A stretch of DNA of 64,000 nt from Squalus acanthias (taxonomy: Eukaryota). Below the pieces are notes generated by a model that was given only the letters and a program-made list of their open reading frames with translations, was not told the DNA's origin and searched no databases. The stretch covers positions 101,310,001 to 101,374,000 of the forward strand of contig CM059432.1 of the NCBI GenBank assembly GCA_030390025.1, written 5' to 3'. Both the position numbers and the translations under genes were made by a program. Below are positions 49,144 to 62,007 of this stretch, one piece after another (within the stretch, counting starts at the first letter, position 1; every line of letters starts with the position of its first letter).

Positions 49144-50082
49144 ACATCTAATGCCACACTTTCTTACTGATGTGAAACAATCTTAAAAAATAGAAAGAAA
49201 CCTGAATCATTGACCTGGAACTTAAAATTTACAAGCAAGCCACAACTGCCCTATTTACAATCAGCGATAATTATCTCTTTCTGCCTCTTTTAATCAATGA
49301 AGGGACAAGCCAAGTTAACAGTTAAATATTACAACCATGATCTGGACCGCAGATTACCTATGAGCAACACTACTAGCTTTAATTAATAGGTGAATTTTGT
49401 TGCAAAGAGTTAATAGAAGGCTACGAAAATTATAATACTGTACTTCCACATTATTGTACATTCAAGGCAACACTGTATTTGATTTGTAAGAGCTGGCAAT
49501 ATGTTTTTACCAATTCACGAACTTAAACCTGAAGTATTTTTGCTCAATTTTCATGCATCACAGACTGTGTATTATGAAATTGGTGTATAATAATTTATAT
49601 TGTACAGCTCTCCAGTATCACGAATCAAATATTGCTGCCCTCTGACATTACTTGTCAATAGATTATTTCTATTTACTCAGCTAATCACATATAACACAAA
49701 ATACTTCCTATTTCTTAATATTTCCGATATTACACAACAGTGAGTACACTTCAAAAGTACCTAATTGGCTGTAAAGCACTTTGGGACATCCTGAAGTCAT
49801 GAAAGACGCTATATAAATGCAAGTGCTTTCCTTTACTTTTCATAAATCTGCACGATATATAATTGTAAAAGTTCTGCTAAAACACTTTCCTGTAACATTA
49901 TCACTTTCTGCCATGCAATCAAACTACTTATTTTGTTATAAACATTCCTTTCCTAAATATGAAACTGCACAATATATGACAATGGAATAAAGAAATCTGA
50001 AGAGGAAAACACATCATAGAAGACTATATACAGAATAAAAATAATATTGCATATGCCCCGTGGACAGAACTGGTTCAACTGG

Positions 50083-50418
50083 TTCTACAAGATGCACCGC
50101 AGCAACTCGCCAAGGCTTCTTTGGCAGCACCTCCCAAACACGCAACCTCTTCCACCTAGAAGGACAAGGGCAGCAGGTGCATGGGATCACCACCACCTCC
50201 AAGTTCCCCTCCAAGTCACACACCATCCTGACAGCAGTATATCGCCGCTCCTTCATCGTCACTGGGTCAAAATCCTGGAACTCCCTCCCTAACAGCACTG
50301 TGGGACTGCAGCGGTTCAAGAAGGCGGCTCACCACCACCTTCTCAATGGCAATTAGGGATGGGCAATAAATACTGGCCTTGCCAGCGACGCCTACATCCC
50401 GTAAACGAATTTAAAAAA
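50083..50418 (+). mobile_element. 3' fragment of the same LINE as 48245-49143 (third copy at 54773-54983)
   Basis: Direct alignment to 48788-49143. Confidence 0.88.
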
Positions 50419-50924
50419 ACTGGCCAACAGCCTTTTCCATCAGATAACGTTGTCTAAACTGTTTTTTTTTAAATAAGGCTTTCCTTAAGAAATGCTCTAG
50501 TGCTTATTTTCTCAGAGAGAAATGTTAACATTAAACTTACATATGTAGTTGGAAAAAAATAATTATAATATGCTTTTCAGAAAAATATATCAACATTAGT
50601 GGTTACTTTCACAACCATTTTTCTACAGTGGTGTAGCCTTTTGCACACGACAGCCTAGGTTTTCTGCTGGAGTTATGGTTGCGCGGAGCAGGAATTGCTT
50701 CCATGATCTGCATCAACAGCTTCCCATTTGCCCCTCAGCACTTTCGAAATTTTCTGACAGAAATGTCATGCCGCATACCTCACGCGAATGAGGGAAATAC
50801 ACCATTCAACATACTCGTCATTTGCAACCTAGCCATGCTGAATGCTAGGAATAGAGATGCATTCCTACCATCCGGAGTTGCTATGGCAAGGGCATATTTG
50901 AATATTCAAGAGAAGCTAGTCTAT

Positions 50925-52040
50925 GCATTCAATGTGTTCAGTTCTGGACACCGCACCACACCTCAGGACGGATATATTGGTCTTGGAGGGGATGCAGCGC
51001 AGATTCACTAGAATGATAACAGGACTAAAAGGGGTAAATTATGAGGACAGGACTAGGCTTGTATTCTCTTGAGTATAGAAGATTAAACAGTGATCTAATT
51101 GAGATGTTTAAGATGATTAAAGGAGTTGATAGGATAGATAGAGAGAAACTATTTCCTCTGGTGGGGGAGGGCAGAACAAGGGGGCATAACCTTAAAATTA
51201 GAGCTAGGCCATTCTGGGGTGATGTCAGGAAGCACTTCTTCACACAAAGGGTAGCGGCAATCTGGAACTCTCTCTCCCCCACAAAGCTGATGAGGCTATA
51301 TCAATTGAAAATTTCAAAACTGAGATAGATAGATTTTTTTTAGGCAAGGGTATTAAGGGTTACAGATCAGCCATGATCTAACTGAATGCAGAACATGCTT
51401 GAGGGGCTGAATAGCCTAATCCTGTTCATATGTTGCTATGCAATTGATTACAGGCTGAGGCACTTTCTAAAAAAAAAGAACAAAATATTACTATTTCTGT
51501 TGAGCAGCAGCACGTAGGCCGTCAGTCACACTACATGCAGCAGACTTTCAGCAGCCATTATTCCCTCCACCCACAAAGTCACATATGCAAGGTGACCTGA
51601 CCCCAGAAATTGGGCCGGGATCAGGTGCAGAATCCAGGATACTCCTGTGGTGCCCACCACACAAACGTGGAAAATCTCAGCATGCATGTGCGATTTTGAG
51701 AAGAGGAATGAGGAGATACAAATGTGAAGAAAGACTTGCAAAATTGGGACTGTTTTCATGGGTGATTTGATAGAGGTCTTTAAAATAATGAAGGGATGAG
51801 ACAGCGTAAATAGAAACAGACTGTTTCCAGTAGTTGTGGGGTCCAAAACAAGGAAACACAGATTAATTGTATTGAGATTTAGGAGAAACCTTTATTTCCT
51901 TTACACAGTGAGTTGCAAAGCTGTGGAATGCATTACCAGAGACAGTGATTGAAGAATGTCAACATTTAATAACAGGATAGATAGGTAGTTGAAGGAAAGG
52001 GGATAAAGGGATATGGAAACAAATGTGGGCACTTGGGATT
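50925..52040 (+). mobile_element. Two old CR1 3' fragments (50925-51438, 51690-52040)
   Basis: LGLYSLEYRRLNSDLIEMFK, FFTQRVAAIWNSL; degenerate second copy. Confidence 0.75.
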
Positions 52041-52505
52041 AAGAAAGAAAGAGTTGCATTTATATCACATCTTTCATGACCTCAGGACATCCCAAAGTGC
52101 TTTACAACCAACAAAGTCATTTGTATAGCCATTGTTGTAATGTAGGTAAAATTGCAGCCAATTTTCACACAGCAAGGTCCCACAAAAAGCAATAAGATAA
52201 ATGAGCAGATAATCTGTTTTAGTGATGTTGGTTGAGGGATAGCTATTAGTCAGGACCCGGGGGAGAATTCCCATTGCTATTCTTCGAAATAGTGTCATGG
52301 AATCTTTTACGTCCACCTGAGAGGGCAGACAGGGCCTTGGTTTGATGTCTCATCTGAAAGACGGCACTTCCAACAGTGCAGGACTCCCACAGCACTGCAC
52401 TGGAGTGTCAGCCTAGATTTTGTGCTCAAGTCTCTGGAGTGGGTCTTGAATTCACGACCTTCTGACTCAGAGGCGAGAGTGCTACCACTGAACCAAGGTT
52501 AACAT
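52041..52505 (-). mobile_element. Deu-domain SINE, full length (degraded partial copy at 53710-53965)
   Basis: Aligns end to end with 36456-36933. Confidence 0.88.
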
Positions 52506-54259
52506 CTGATTAGGACTTTTGCTTATGTGGGGGAGAAGCGCCAACACGGAATTGCTGTTCTTTCTAATTAATTCTAGGTAAAACAACATCTTTGTGAATT
52601 TCAGAAAAACTAGACTTAATCAGGAATATCACTATCACGTCAAATGTTTCAGAAAACATGCTTTTACGAAAATGGATGAAATATTTTAAATACCATATTT
52701 TTATAGCATGAAGATCATTTGTAACAAGTTTCCATTCATTTAGTAATCAATCAAAGTATTGTCCTCGCCAAAAGTCAAAGTCCTGCCAGATTTGTAAATC
52801 TAGTACAAAATGTGCTAAATAGCAATAAAATATTGCAGCTATTTTAATCAAATCATTTTCTCTAGGGGCTCGTAACAAACATGCCAAATAACATTAATTG
52901 CTGTTTAGTGCTGTTATTTCACAATGTAAATTTATTTTTTTGCATTTTTACTGCTGAATATAATGTATTATGTATTTTGTATTATATAAATGTAACAAAT
53001 AGAACACATCATCACACTGCTTAGCAGATTTAAGTTGCACTTTGTAGAAAGGTTGAGGTATATGTAGCCTCTGTACTTCCATTGAAAGCATATTGACAGC
53101 CCATGCTATTTTGTAGCTATAAATCTTCAGTGAACATAATGAATTGCTGATATACAAAAGTAGAAAGATGACAGCAAACACATCTTCACCTCTAACAATA
53201 AACCACAGATTTGTAAGGTGAGACCATAGCCACTATGCTACCAGGACACTTACTTTAATTTGTCAAAGTCTTTAATATCCTTTTGGTTAAGTCCTCATGA
53301 AAGTAATTTTTCACAACGAAAATCCACTTTTAATAGTAACGTACCTCTCCGTTAATGCTAACTGAGGCAAAATGTTTTACAGACTGAAAGATCATTCTTT
53401 AGTCACATACTTTTAAGTAGATTAATCGAATAAATTTTAGTATATTAATAATAAAAAAAATCATTAAGCAGCTGACAGACAGAATTCACACAAGGAAACT
53501 CCTATAGCAATAAACATAGTGAAAAGTTGTATGTCAGCTTTTTCAAGTGTTTTATGAATAGGCTATTAACACATTCTGAGGGTTTTGCTATGTGACTACA
53601 GATCGTTAAGGGCTGATTAATGGAGCAAACTATAGGCAACGAGAGTACAAGGGCACCTTAGATCACTGAGGATCTGCTGCAACTGAAGAAAAGGGTAACA
53701 CTTTATAATTATACTTGCATTTACATAACACCTTATCACATTGTCTAAACATCCCTAAGCGCTTCACAAAATGAATTACCTTTTGGATAGGCAGTGATTG
53801 TTGGCATGTAGGCTAACATGGCATCTATGAGTCAACAATGAGATGAATTACCAGTTAATCTCTTTTTTTGGTGCTATTGGGTGAGGTAGAAATGATTGTA
53901 AGGTCACTGGGAGAGGTCCCTGCTCCTCTTCAAATACTGTCACTAGATCTTTAATGTATGTCTAAATGGAGGAGGGGAAGTATTTAATCATGACACTGAA
54001 TGAGATAGAAGGATGAAGAGTAGGATATTCTGAAGATACAGGTGTGGAGCAGAGAGGGCAGTATGGGTGATGGGAGAAGGAATGGGATGTAAGAGCATGG
54101 TGGTGGGAAAGGAAGAGGGAGACAGAAATATGGAGAATATGATGACATAGATACAGAAGAAGTGGAAGTAAATGACTAATGGGAAGGCAAAATAATCATA
54201 TCATCATTGTCTGTGTTCTATTTTTCCAATAGACAAAGAAAGCAGTTCTGTTCCCTTGA

Positions 54260-55380
54260 GCAGTTCATAGATATCTATGCGCACCAGAAGAGGTGTGACA
54301 AAGTTCGACACATGAGTCTATTAATTAAATTTAAAGCTGTAGAGATTCAAGGTAAACCCTGAGAATAGATAATACACTGGTTGAGCAACAAGAAACAAGG
54401 AGTACTCATTAGAAGAGTTATGTCAGAGTGGGGAAAAGTACTGAATGGGGCACCTCTGGTTCACTATTTGTTTCTGATGTACATAAACAACCTGGATTCA
54501 GAAACCCAACGCAAAGGGGTTAAATTTACAGATGATACCAAATGAGGAAAGGCAGTGGAATCAGAAGAGGAGGCTCAGAAACAACAGAATGAATCAGACA
54601 AAATATGTAAGTGAGCAGAACAAGGGCAGATTAAATTTAATGTAGCCACATGTAAAGTACTACATATAGGAAGAAGAAAATGCTGACACACATGAATAGT
54701 GTTGAAATAGCTAAGGATGATGCTAAAAGAGATATAGGAGTCTTAGTGGACTCAATGCTAAACATGTCCAACCAACTTGGAAATATGTTGCCGTTCCTTC
54801 ATCGTCGCTGGGTCAAAATCCTGGAACTCTCTCCATATCAGCACTCTGGGAGTACCTTCACCACACGGACTGCAGTGGTTCAAGAAGGTGGCTCACCACC
54901 ACCTTCTCAAGGGCAATTAGGGGTGGACAATAAATGCTGGCCTTGCCAGTGATGCCCACATCCCAGGAACGAATAAAAAAAAATGCAGAGCAGCAATCAA
55001 CAAAGCAAATTGTATGTTGAACTACAAAGCCAAAACAGTAGAATATAAGGGCAGGGTACGATAGCGTTGTGTTTATGTTACTGGACTAGTAATACAGAGG
55101 CATCTGAGAGGTGATTTTATAGAGGTATTTAAGAATGTTCAGGAAACAGAAGAAGGTAATCCAGAATATTACTTTAAATTAATCTGCAGGTTTGGAACTA
55201 AGGGATAGAGATCAGGAAATTGTTCTTTACACAAAGAGTGATCAACATGTGCAATAAACTCCCAGATAGAGTCGAGGAGGCAAAAACCATAGAATCATTG
55301 AGAAACAATTGGATTCTACAATGGGGGATAGTAAAATCACTGAAGAAATTAATCAAATGGGAAGAATGGCCTTCCTTATC
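54260..55380 (+). mobile_element. Very old CR1 RT fragment with nested LINE tail (54773-54983)
   Basis: KFTDDTK, RDIGVLVDSMLNMSNQ, FFTQRVINMCNKLP. Confidence 0.7.
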
Positions 55381-55603
55381 CATAATTATCTTGCAAGTGG
55401 GTTTAATCAGACAGCTCCACTGAGATGAGCGCTGTGGAAGTTGCTAATTAGGTCACTGGAAATGAGCATATGCAGTCTTTAGTATTCACTTCTGTGGCTA
55501 GGGGTCCATAGCAAGCAACATGGGGATGTCTTTGGTGTACTTTCTGTCTGTGGTGAGTTGAGCAGCTGGAAATGTATGGCGAGATTTGGAGCTGATAAAC
55601 CAG

Positions 55604-56450
55604 GGGCTGGATTTTGCCAGCCCTGGGGAGGCGGGTTTGGAGGCGGGACTGCTGGGAAAATGGCAGAATTTGGGGGCGGGTGCCCGACCCCGCCCCCAAC
55701 CTGCCTCCATGCCATCTTGCCAGGAGGCGAGTAGCCGTCCCGCACCGGATCCCATCTCCTTGGAGGCGGGAAGGGATTACAGCCACTTAACTGCCTGTAA
55801 ACAGGTAGTTAACAGGCAGATAAGAGGATTATCCCCATTGTGCCCACACAAGTGCGGGCTTCCCGAAGGCTCCGAATCCCACCAGGGTCACCGAGGCAAG
55901 CAGTGGGTCTGCGGGGGTCGGAGGGGTGCAAAAGTGCGCTGTGAAGGTAAGTGATGGGTGCAAGTGTGGAGAGGTGAGTATGTGAGGTAAGTGGAAAGTC
56001 TTAGAAAAAGTTTACTTACCTTTGTTTCTTCCTGCAGGCTTCAATCGGTGGGTATGCGGAGAGTCTCGCACCTCCACAGCAGAGATAACAGAAGGCCATT
56101 GCATTCTCCAATGCAACAACCATCCAATTTCTGCAAAAGAAAGAGGTTTGATGAAGTCTTGAATTCAAGAACTCATCAAACTACAGAGAATGTTAGAGTT
56201 TGACAGCTTCACAGAGCTGTCAAACGATGACAATTCATCTGTCAAAAATGTTTGACAGATGAAACGTCATACGCTGACATTCTCTGTAACCGGCTTTCCC
56301 TTAATTGGCCTGCTAAACCCGCTGGGCGGGCTTAACAAGGTCAATCAAGGGAAAATAACGTGGGTTGGCCAGAAGTCGATGGAGGTGGGACTGAAACCCG
56401 ACAAGTGGGAGTCCCGCCTCCAAAAGCTCCCCATTGGCAAAATCCAGCCC
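55604..56450. mobile_element. Harbinger-type MITE (847 bp)
   Basis: Perfect 16-bp TIR GGGCTGGATTTTGCCA; flanks CAG/CTG; GGCGGG subterminal repeats. Confidence 0.88.
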
Positions 56451-56958
56451 CTGCTGATCATGCACCAGGTGATCTTACTGGCAGGAGTGAATAAAGGAAA
56501 AATAAAGGTTGACAACCCCAACTCCCATTGGTCTCCAATTATCCACAAAAATTCTCAGATAATTGAGAATGTGGATAATGGGAATGGTTGAGATTTTACT
56601 GTGTGTATTACTTTTGAGAAAAATATCCTGCATAGATAGAAAAAAACCCTACATTTATAGAAAAGCATTTTTTTATTTGCCATTTTCATTTTCTCCCTTT
56701 CTACTATTGATCTGACACCCATAATAGAAACTTGAGGGGCTGGGAGAATTATGTACAAAATAAAATTTCTACTACAATACTGTAGAGTTTTAAGCCAATT
56801 AATGTTTAACTAGTTGAGAAGTGAAGTACACTGAAAATATGCCATATATAAGCAAGTTCACCTAAGTGATTCTATTCTTTCCTTGGTTATTGATCGATCT
56901 AGTCACTGCTTCACCCGTCCATACTTTTCGTCTCAAAGAAGTGGTAAATATAAATAAT

Positions 56959-57723
56959 GGCCCAAAAATTCGGCCGTTCTTGGGTGAGTACTCAGTGCGT
57001 ACTCACCCGTATTCATTCCCGAAGTGCCGGTTTCTTGCATGCACTGCGCATGCGCGGGAAACCGGCACTTCCGGTATGGTGAAGGGGGCGGTTCCAAGGT
57101 GAACCGCGTGCGCACTAGAGGCTGCGCGCACGCAGCACACTTAGATTTTTTTTCAGGTTTCAACGCGAGGGTAAGTATGGAAGATTCTACGCTAGTAAAA
57201 AGGAGGCGTAAGACCCCTTTTGAACAAGGTAAGTAGTTAATTAAGTATAATTTGAAATTTTTTTCAACAGGTTTATCTTTTTTAGATACTTTAAAGAAAG
57301 GTAAGTTTATTTTTATAACTTTTAAAAAGTATTTTAATTTTTTCAAAAATTAAATTTTTTGTTTAAAGTGGTGAATTTATTTAACTATAGTTATTTTATA
57401 AATGTGATGGTTTTTTTTTTAAATTTATTTGAGGTTTAGCTGTTCTTTTGGGGCCAATTTCAATTCACAGATTTGACAGGTCGCCTGTCAAATCTATGAA
57501 TGAAAGATGGTCTGCTGCCATTGGCTCTCCATGGCCCACGTGATCCCAGGGGTCGCATCGTACTAACTGCGCCCCTGGAACACGCAAGCACTGCGCGCCA
57601 GCTCTTGGGAGAGGCCCGGGACCCGAAGTTCCTGTGGGCCCAAAACACAACGGCAGGCGCGGTGGGTAAGAGCGCGCGTGATCCTTACCCCTGCGGCAAG
57701 CCGGCCACGCGAATTTCTAGGCC
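56959..57723 (+). mobile_element. Harbinger-type MITE, hairpin family (765 bp)
   Basis: TIR GGCCCAAAAATTCG / CGAATTTCTAGGCC; colinear with 12645-13388. Confidence 0.88.
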
Positions 57724-57787
57724 ATACACATTATATGGAGCAATTATACTAGAAAGATGCCTCTATTATGATAACTCATTCCCATAT

Positions 57788-60700
57788 CATAAGAACATAA
57801 GAACATAAGAAATAGGAGCAGGAGTAGGCCAATCGGCCCTTCGAGCCTGCTCCGCCATTCAATAAGATCATGGCTGATCTGATCCTCACCTCAAATCTAA
57901 AGAACACAAGAAGTAGGAGCAGGACCCGGCCACTCAGCCCCTGGGCCCGCTATGCCACCCACAGGGCCTTGACCGATCCGAACTCAGCCTCATGTCCAAT
58001 TTCCTGCCCGCTCCCCATAACCCCTAATTCCCTTTACTTCTAGGAAACTGTCTATTTCTGTTTTAAATTTATTTAATGATGTAGCTTCCACAGCTTCCTG
58101 GGGCAGCAAATTCCACAGACCTACTACCCTCTGAGTGAAGAAGTTTCTCCTCATCTCAGTTTTGAAAGAGCAGCCCCTTATTCTAAGATTATGCCCCCTA
58201 GTTCTAGTTTCACCCATCCTTGGGAACATCCTTACCGCATCCACCCGATCAAGCCCCTTCACAATCTTATATGTTTCAATAAGATCGCCTCTCAATCTTC
58301 TGAACTCCAATGAGTAGAGTCCCAATCTACTCAACCTCTCCTCATATGTCACCCCCTCATCCCAGGGATTAACCGAGTGAACCTTCTTTGTACTGCCTCG
58401 AGAGCAAGTATGTCTTTTCTTAAGTATGGACACCAAAACTGTATGCAGTATTCCAGATGCGGTCTCACCAATACCTTATATAACTGCAGCAATACCTCCC
58501 TGTTTTTATAATCTATCCCCCTAGCAATAAAAGCCAACATTCCGTTGGCCTTCTTGATCACCTGCTGCACCTGCATACTAACTTTTTGATTTTCTTGCAC
58601 TAGGACCCCCAGATTCCTTTGTACTGCAGTACTTTCCAGTTTCTCGCCATTAAGATAATAACTTGCTCTCTGATTTTTCCTGCCAAAGTGCATAACCTCA
58701 CATTTTCCAATATTGTATTGCATCTGCCAAATCTCCGCCCACTCACCCAGCTTGTCTATATCTCCTTGTAGGTTTTTTATGTCCTCCTCACTTTCTACTT
58801 TCCCTCCCATCTTTGTATCATCTGCAAACTTTGATATGTTACACTCGGTCCCCTCCTCCAAATCGTTAATATAGATTGTAAAGAGTTGGGGACCCAGCAC
58901 CGACCCCTGCGGAACACCACTGGCTACTGGTTGCCAGTCCGAGAATGAACCATTTATCCCAACTCTCTGCTTCCTGTTAGATAACCAATCCTCCACCCAT
59001 GCCAGAATATTCCCCCCAATCCAGTGATTTTTTATCTTGAGCAATAATCTTTTATGTGGCACCTTGTCGAATGCCTTCTGGAAGTCTAAATACACTATGT
59101 CCATTGGTTCCCCTTTATCCACCCTGTACGTTATGTCCTCAAAGAACTCAAGCAAATTTGTCAGACATGACTTCCCCTTCATAAAGCCATGCTGACTTTG
59201 TCCTATTAAATTATGTTTATCTAAATGTTCCGTTACTGTCTCCTTAATAATAGACTCCAAAATTTTACCCACCACAGATGTTAGACTAACTGGTCTATAA
59301 TTTCCAGCCTTCTGCCTACTACCCTTTTTAAATAAGGGTGTTACATTAGCAGTTTTCCAATCTGCCGGGAGCTTTGCTGAGTCCATGGAATTTTGGAAAA
59401 TTATTACCAAAGCATCCACAATCCCTACTGCCACTTCCCTCAAGACTCTAGGATGTAAGCCATCAGGTCCAGGGGATTTATCCGCCTTGAGTCCCATTAT
59501 TTTACTGAGTACCAATTCCTCAGTGATTTTAATCGTATTTAGCTCCCCCCCCCCTAGAGCCCCCTGTTTGTCCAGTGTTGGGATATTCTTAGTGTCCTCA
59601 ACCGTAAAGACTGAAACAAAATATTTGTTCAGCATTTTTGCCATCTCCATGTTTCCCACCATTAATTTCCCGGTCTCATCCTCTAAGGGACCTACGTTTG
59701 CCTTAGCCACCCTTTTTCTTTTTATATAACTATAGAAACTCTTGCTATCTGTTTTTATATTTTTTGCTAATTTATTTTCATAATCTATCTTCCCTTTCTT
59801 AATCAATCCTTTAGTTACTTTTTGCTGTCTTTTGAAGACTTCCCAATCTTCTATCCTCCCACTAAGTTTGGCTACCTTATATGTCCTTGTTTTTAGTTGG
59901 ATACTATCCTTAATTTCTTTACTTAGCCACGGATGGCTGTCATTTCTTTTACACCCTTTTTTCCTCAGTGGAATATATATTTTTTGAAAGTTGTAAAATA
60001 ACTCCTTAAATGAACACCACTGCTCATGTACCGTCTTACCCTTAAATCTATTTTCCCAGTCCACTTTAATCAATTCCGCTCTCATACCATCATAGTCTCC
60101 TTTATTCAAGCTCAGTACGCTTGTCTGAGAACCAACCTTCTCACCCTCTAATTGGATATGGAATTCAACCATGTTATGGTCACTCATTCCAAGGGGATCC
60201 TTAACTAGGACATTATTAATTAATCCTGACTCATTACACAGGACCAGGTCCAAGGTTGCATGCCCCCTTGTAGGATCAGTTACATACTGCTCAAGAAATC
60301 CATCCCTAATACACTCAATAAACTCTTCCTCAAAGCTGCCCTGCCCAATTTGATTTGTCCAGTTAATATGATAGTTAAAATCCCCCATAATTATAGTTGT
60401 TCCCTTATTACATGCCCCAACTATTTCCTGATTAATACTTCTTCCAGCAGAGTTGCAACTATTAGGAGGCCTATATACTACTCCCACTAGTGTTTTTTTC
60501 CCCTTATTATTCCTTATCTCCACCCAAACTGTTTCATTATCCTGATCCTTTGACCCAATATCATTTCTCTGTAATACAGTGATTCCTTCCTTTATTAACA
60601 TAGCTACCCCACCTCCTCTTCCTTCCTGCCTGTCCTTCCTGATTGTTGAATACCCTGGCATACTTAATTCCCAGTCGTTGTCACCCTGCAGCCATGTTTC

Positions 60701-61905
60701 TGTAATGGCCACAAGATCATACCCATACGTAGTTATTTGTACCGTCAACTCGTCTATTTTGTTACGAATGCTGCGTGCATTCAGATAAAGAACTTTTAAA
60801 TATGTTTTGTGACAATTTATTCCTGCTTTTACCCCCTTTACTACTTTACCTTTATCTTTATATATTCTGTCATTTCCTGACACGTTCTGGTTTTTAATTA
60901 CCCCACTGCTACTTTGCTCTATTGCCTTCTCCGCTGACATTTTTATTTTTTGCTCTCCTGAAACCTCCCCCCCACTAATTAGTTTAAAGCCCTCTCTACA
61001 GCCCTAGTTATTCGATTCGCCAGGACTCTAGTCCCAGCACTGGCCAAGTGAAGTCCGTCCCAACGGAACAGCTCTCTCCTGTCCCAGTACTGGTGCCAGT
61101 GTCCCAGGAAGCAAAACCCATTTCTCCCACACCAGTCTTTGAGCCACGCATTTAACTCTCTGATTTTATTTACCCTAGCCAAATTTGCTCGTGGCTCAGG
61201 TAGTAATCCAGAGATTACTACCCTAGAGGTTCTGTTTTTTAATTTGGCCCCTAGCTGCTCATACTCCCTCAGCAGAACCTCATTCCTTGTCCTATCTATG
61301 TCATTGGTACCAACATGGACCACGACAACTGGATCTTCCCCCTCCCACTCCAAGTTTCTCTCCAGCCCAGAGGAGATGTCCTTAACCCTGGCACCGGGCA
61401 GGCAACACAGCCTTCGGGACTCTTGCTCTTGGCTGCAAAGAACCCTATCTATCCCCTTAATGATACTATCCCCTACCACAACAACATTTCTTTTTACTCC
61501 CCCCACTTGAATGGCTCACCGTACCACGGTGCTGTGGCCAGGTTGCTCATCCTCCCTGCAGTCCCTGCTCCCGTCCTCACAGGGAGTAAGAGCCTCGAAC
61601 CTGTTGGACAAGAGCAAGGGCTGCGGCTCCTCCAACACTACTGGATCCCCGTACCTGCCTCACTCGTAGTCACACCCTCCTGTCCCTGATCACGGCTACA
61701 TCTGAATTAGTTAATCTAATTGGTGTGACTACCTCCTGGAACACAGAGTCCAGGTAACTTTCCCCCTCCCTGATGTGTCGCAGTGTTTGAAGCTCGGACT
61801 CCAGCTCATCAACACGGAGCCGGAGTTCCTCGAGCAGCCAACACTTACTGCAAATGTGATCACCGTGAACATCAATGGTGTCCACCAGCTCCCACATATT
61901 GCAGT
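57788..61905 (-). mobile_element. Near full-length CR1 LINE (5' UTR missing)
   Basis: ORF1 zinc finger/leucine zipper plus esterase, ORF2 APE+RT, (TTCTTATG)n tail. Confidence 0.96.
57990..60940 (-). pseudogene. CR1 ORF2 (APE endonuclease + reverse transcriptase), one frameshift at ~58352
   Basis: 863-aa open frame: YLNARSIRNK, ITETWL, GDFN, SDHN, YRPVSLTS, GVPQGSVLGP, FADDTK. C-terminus continues in another frame to 57990. Confidence 0.95.
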
Positions 61906-61918
61906 ATGATCGTGACAT
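60979..61918 (-). pseudogene. CR1 ORF1 (zinc finger/leucine zipper + SGNH/GDSL esterase)
   Basis: HICSKC..LRLRVDELESEL; VVGDSII, CLPGA, HVGTND, DGLHL. Frameshifts near 61640-61695 and a stop at ~61515. Confidence 0.92.
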
Positions 61919-62007
61919 GTTGAAAGTGAAATATTTAAAGAGATTTTTCAGAGAGGAATATCCAATTCAGTGTAAGGCTATTGAAGTTCAATTTTTTTTT
62001 TGCAACT

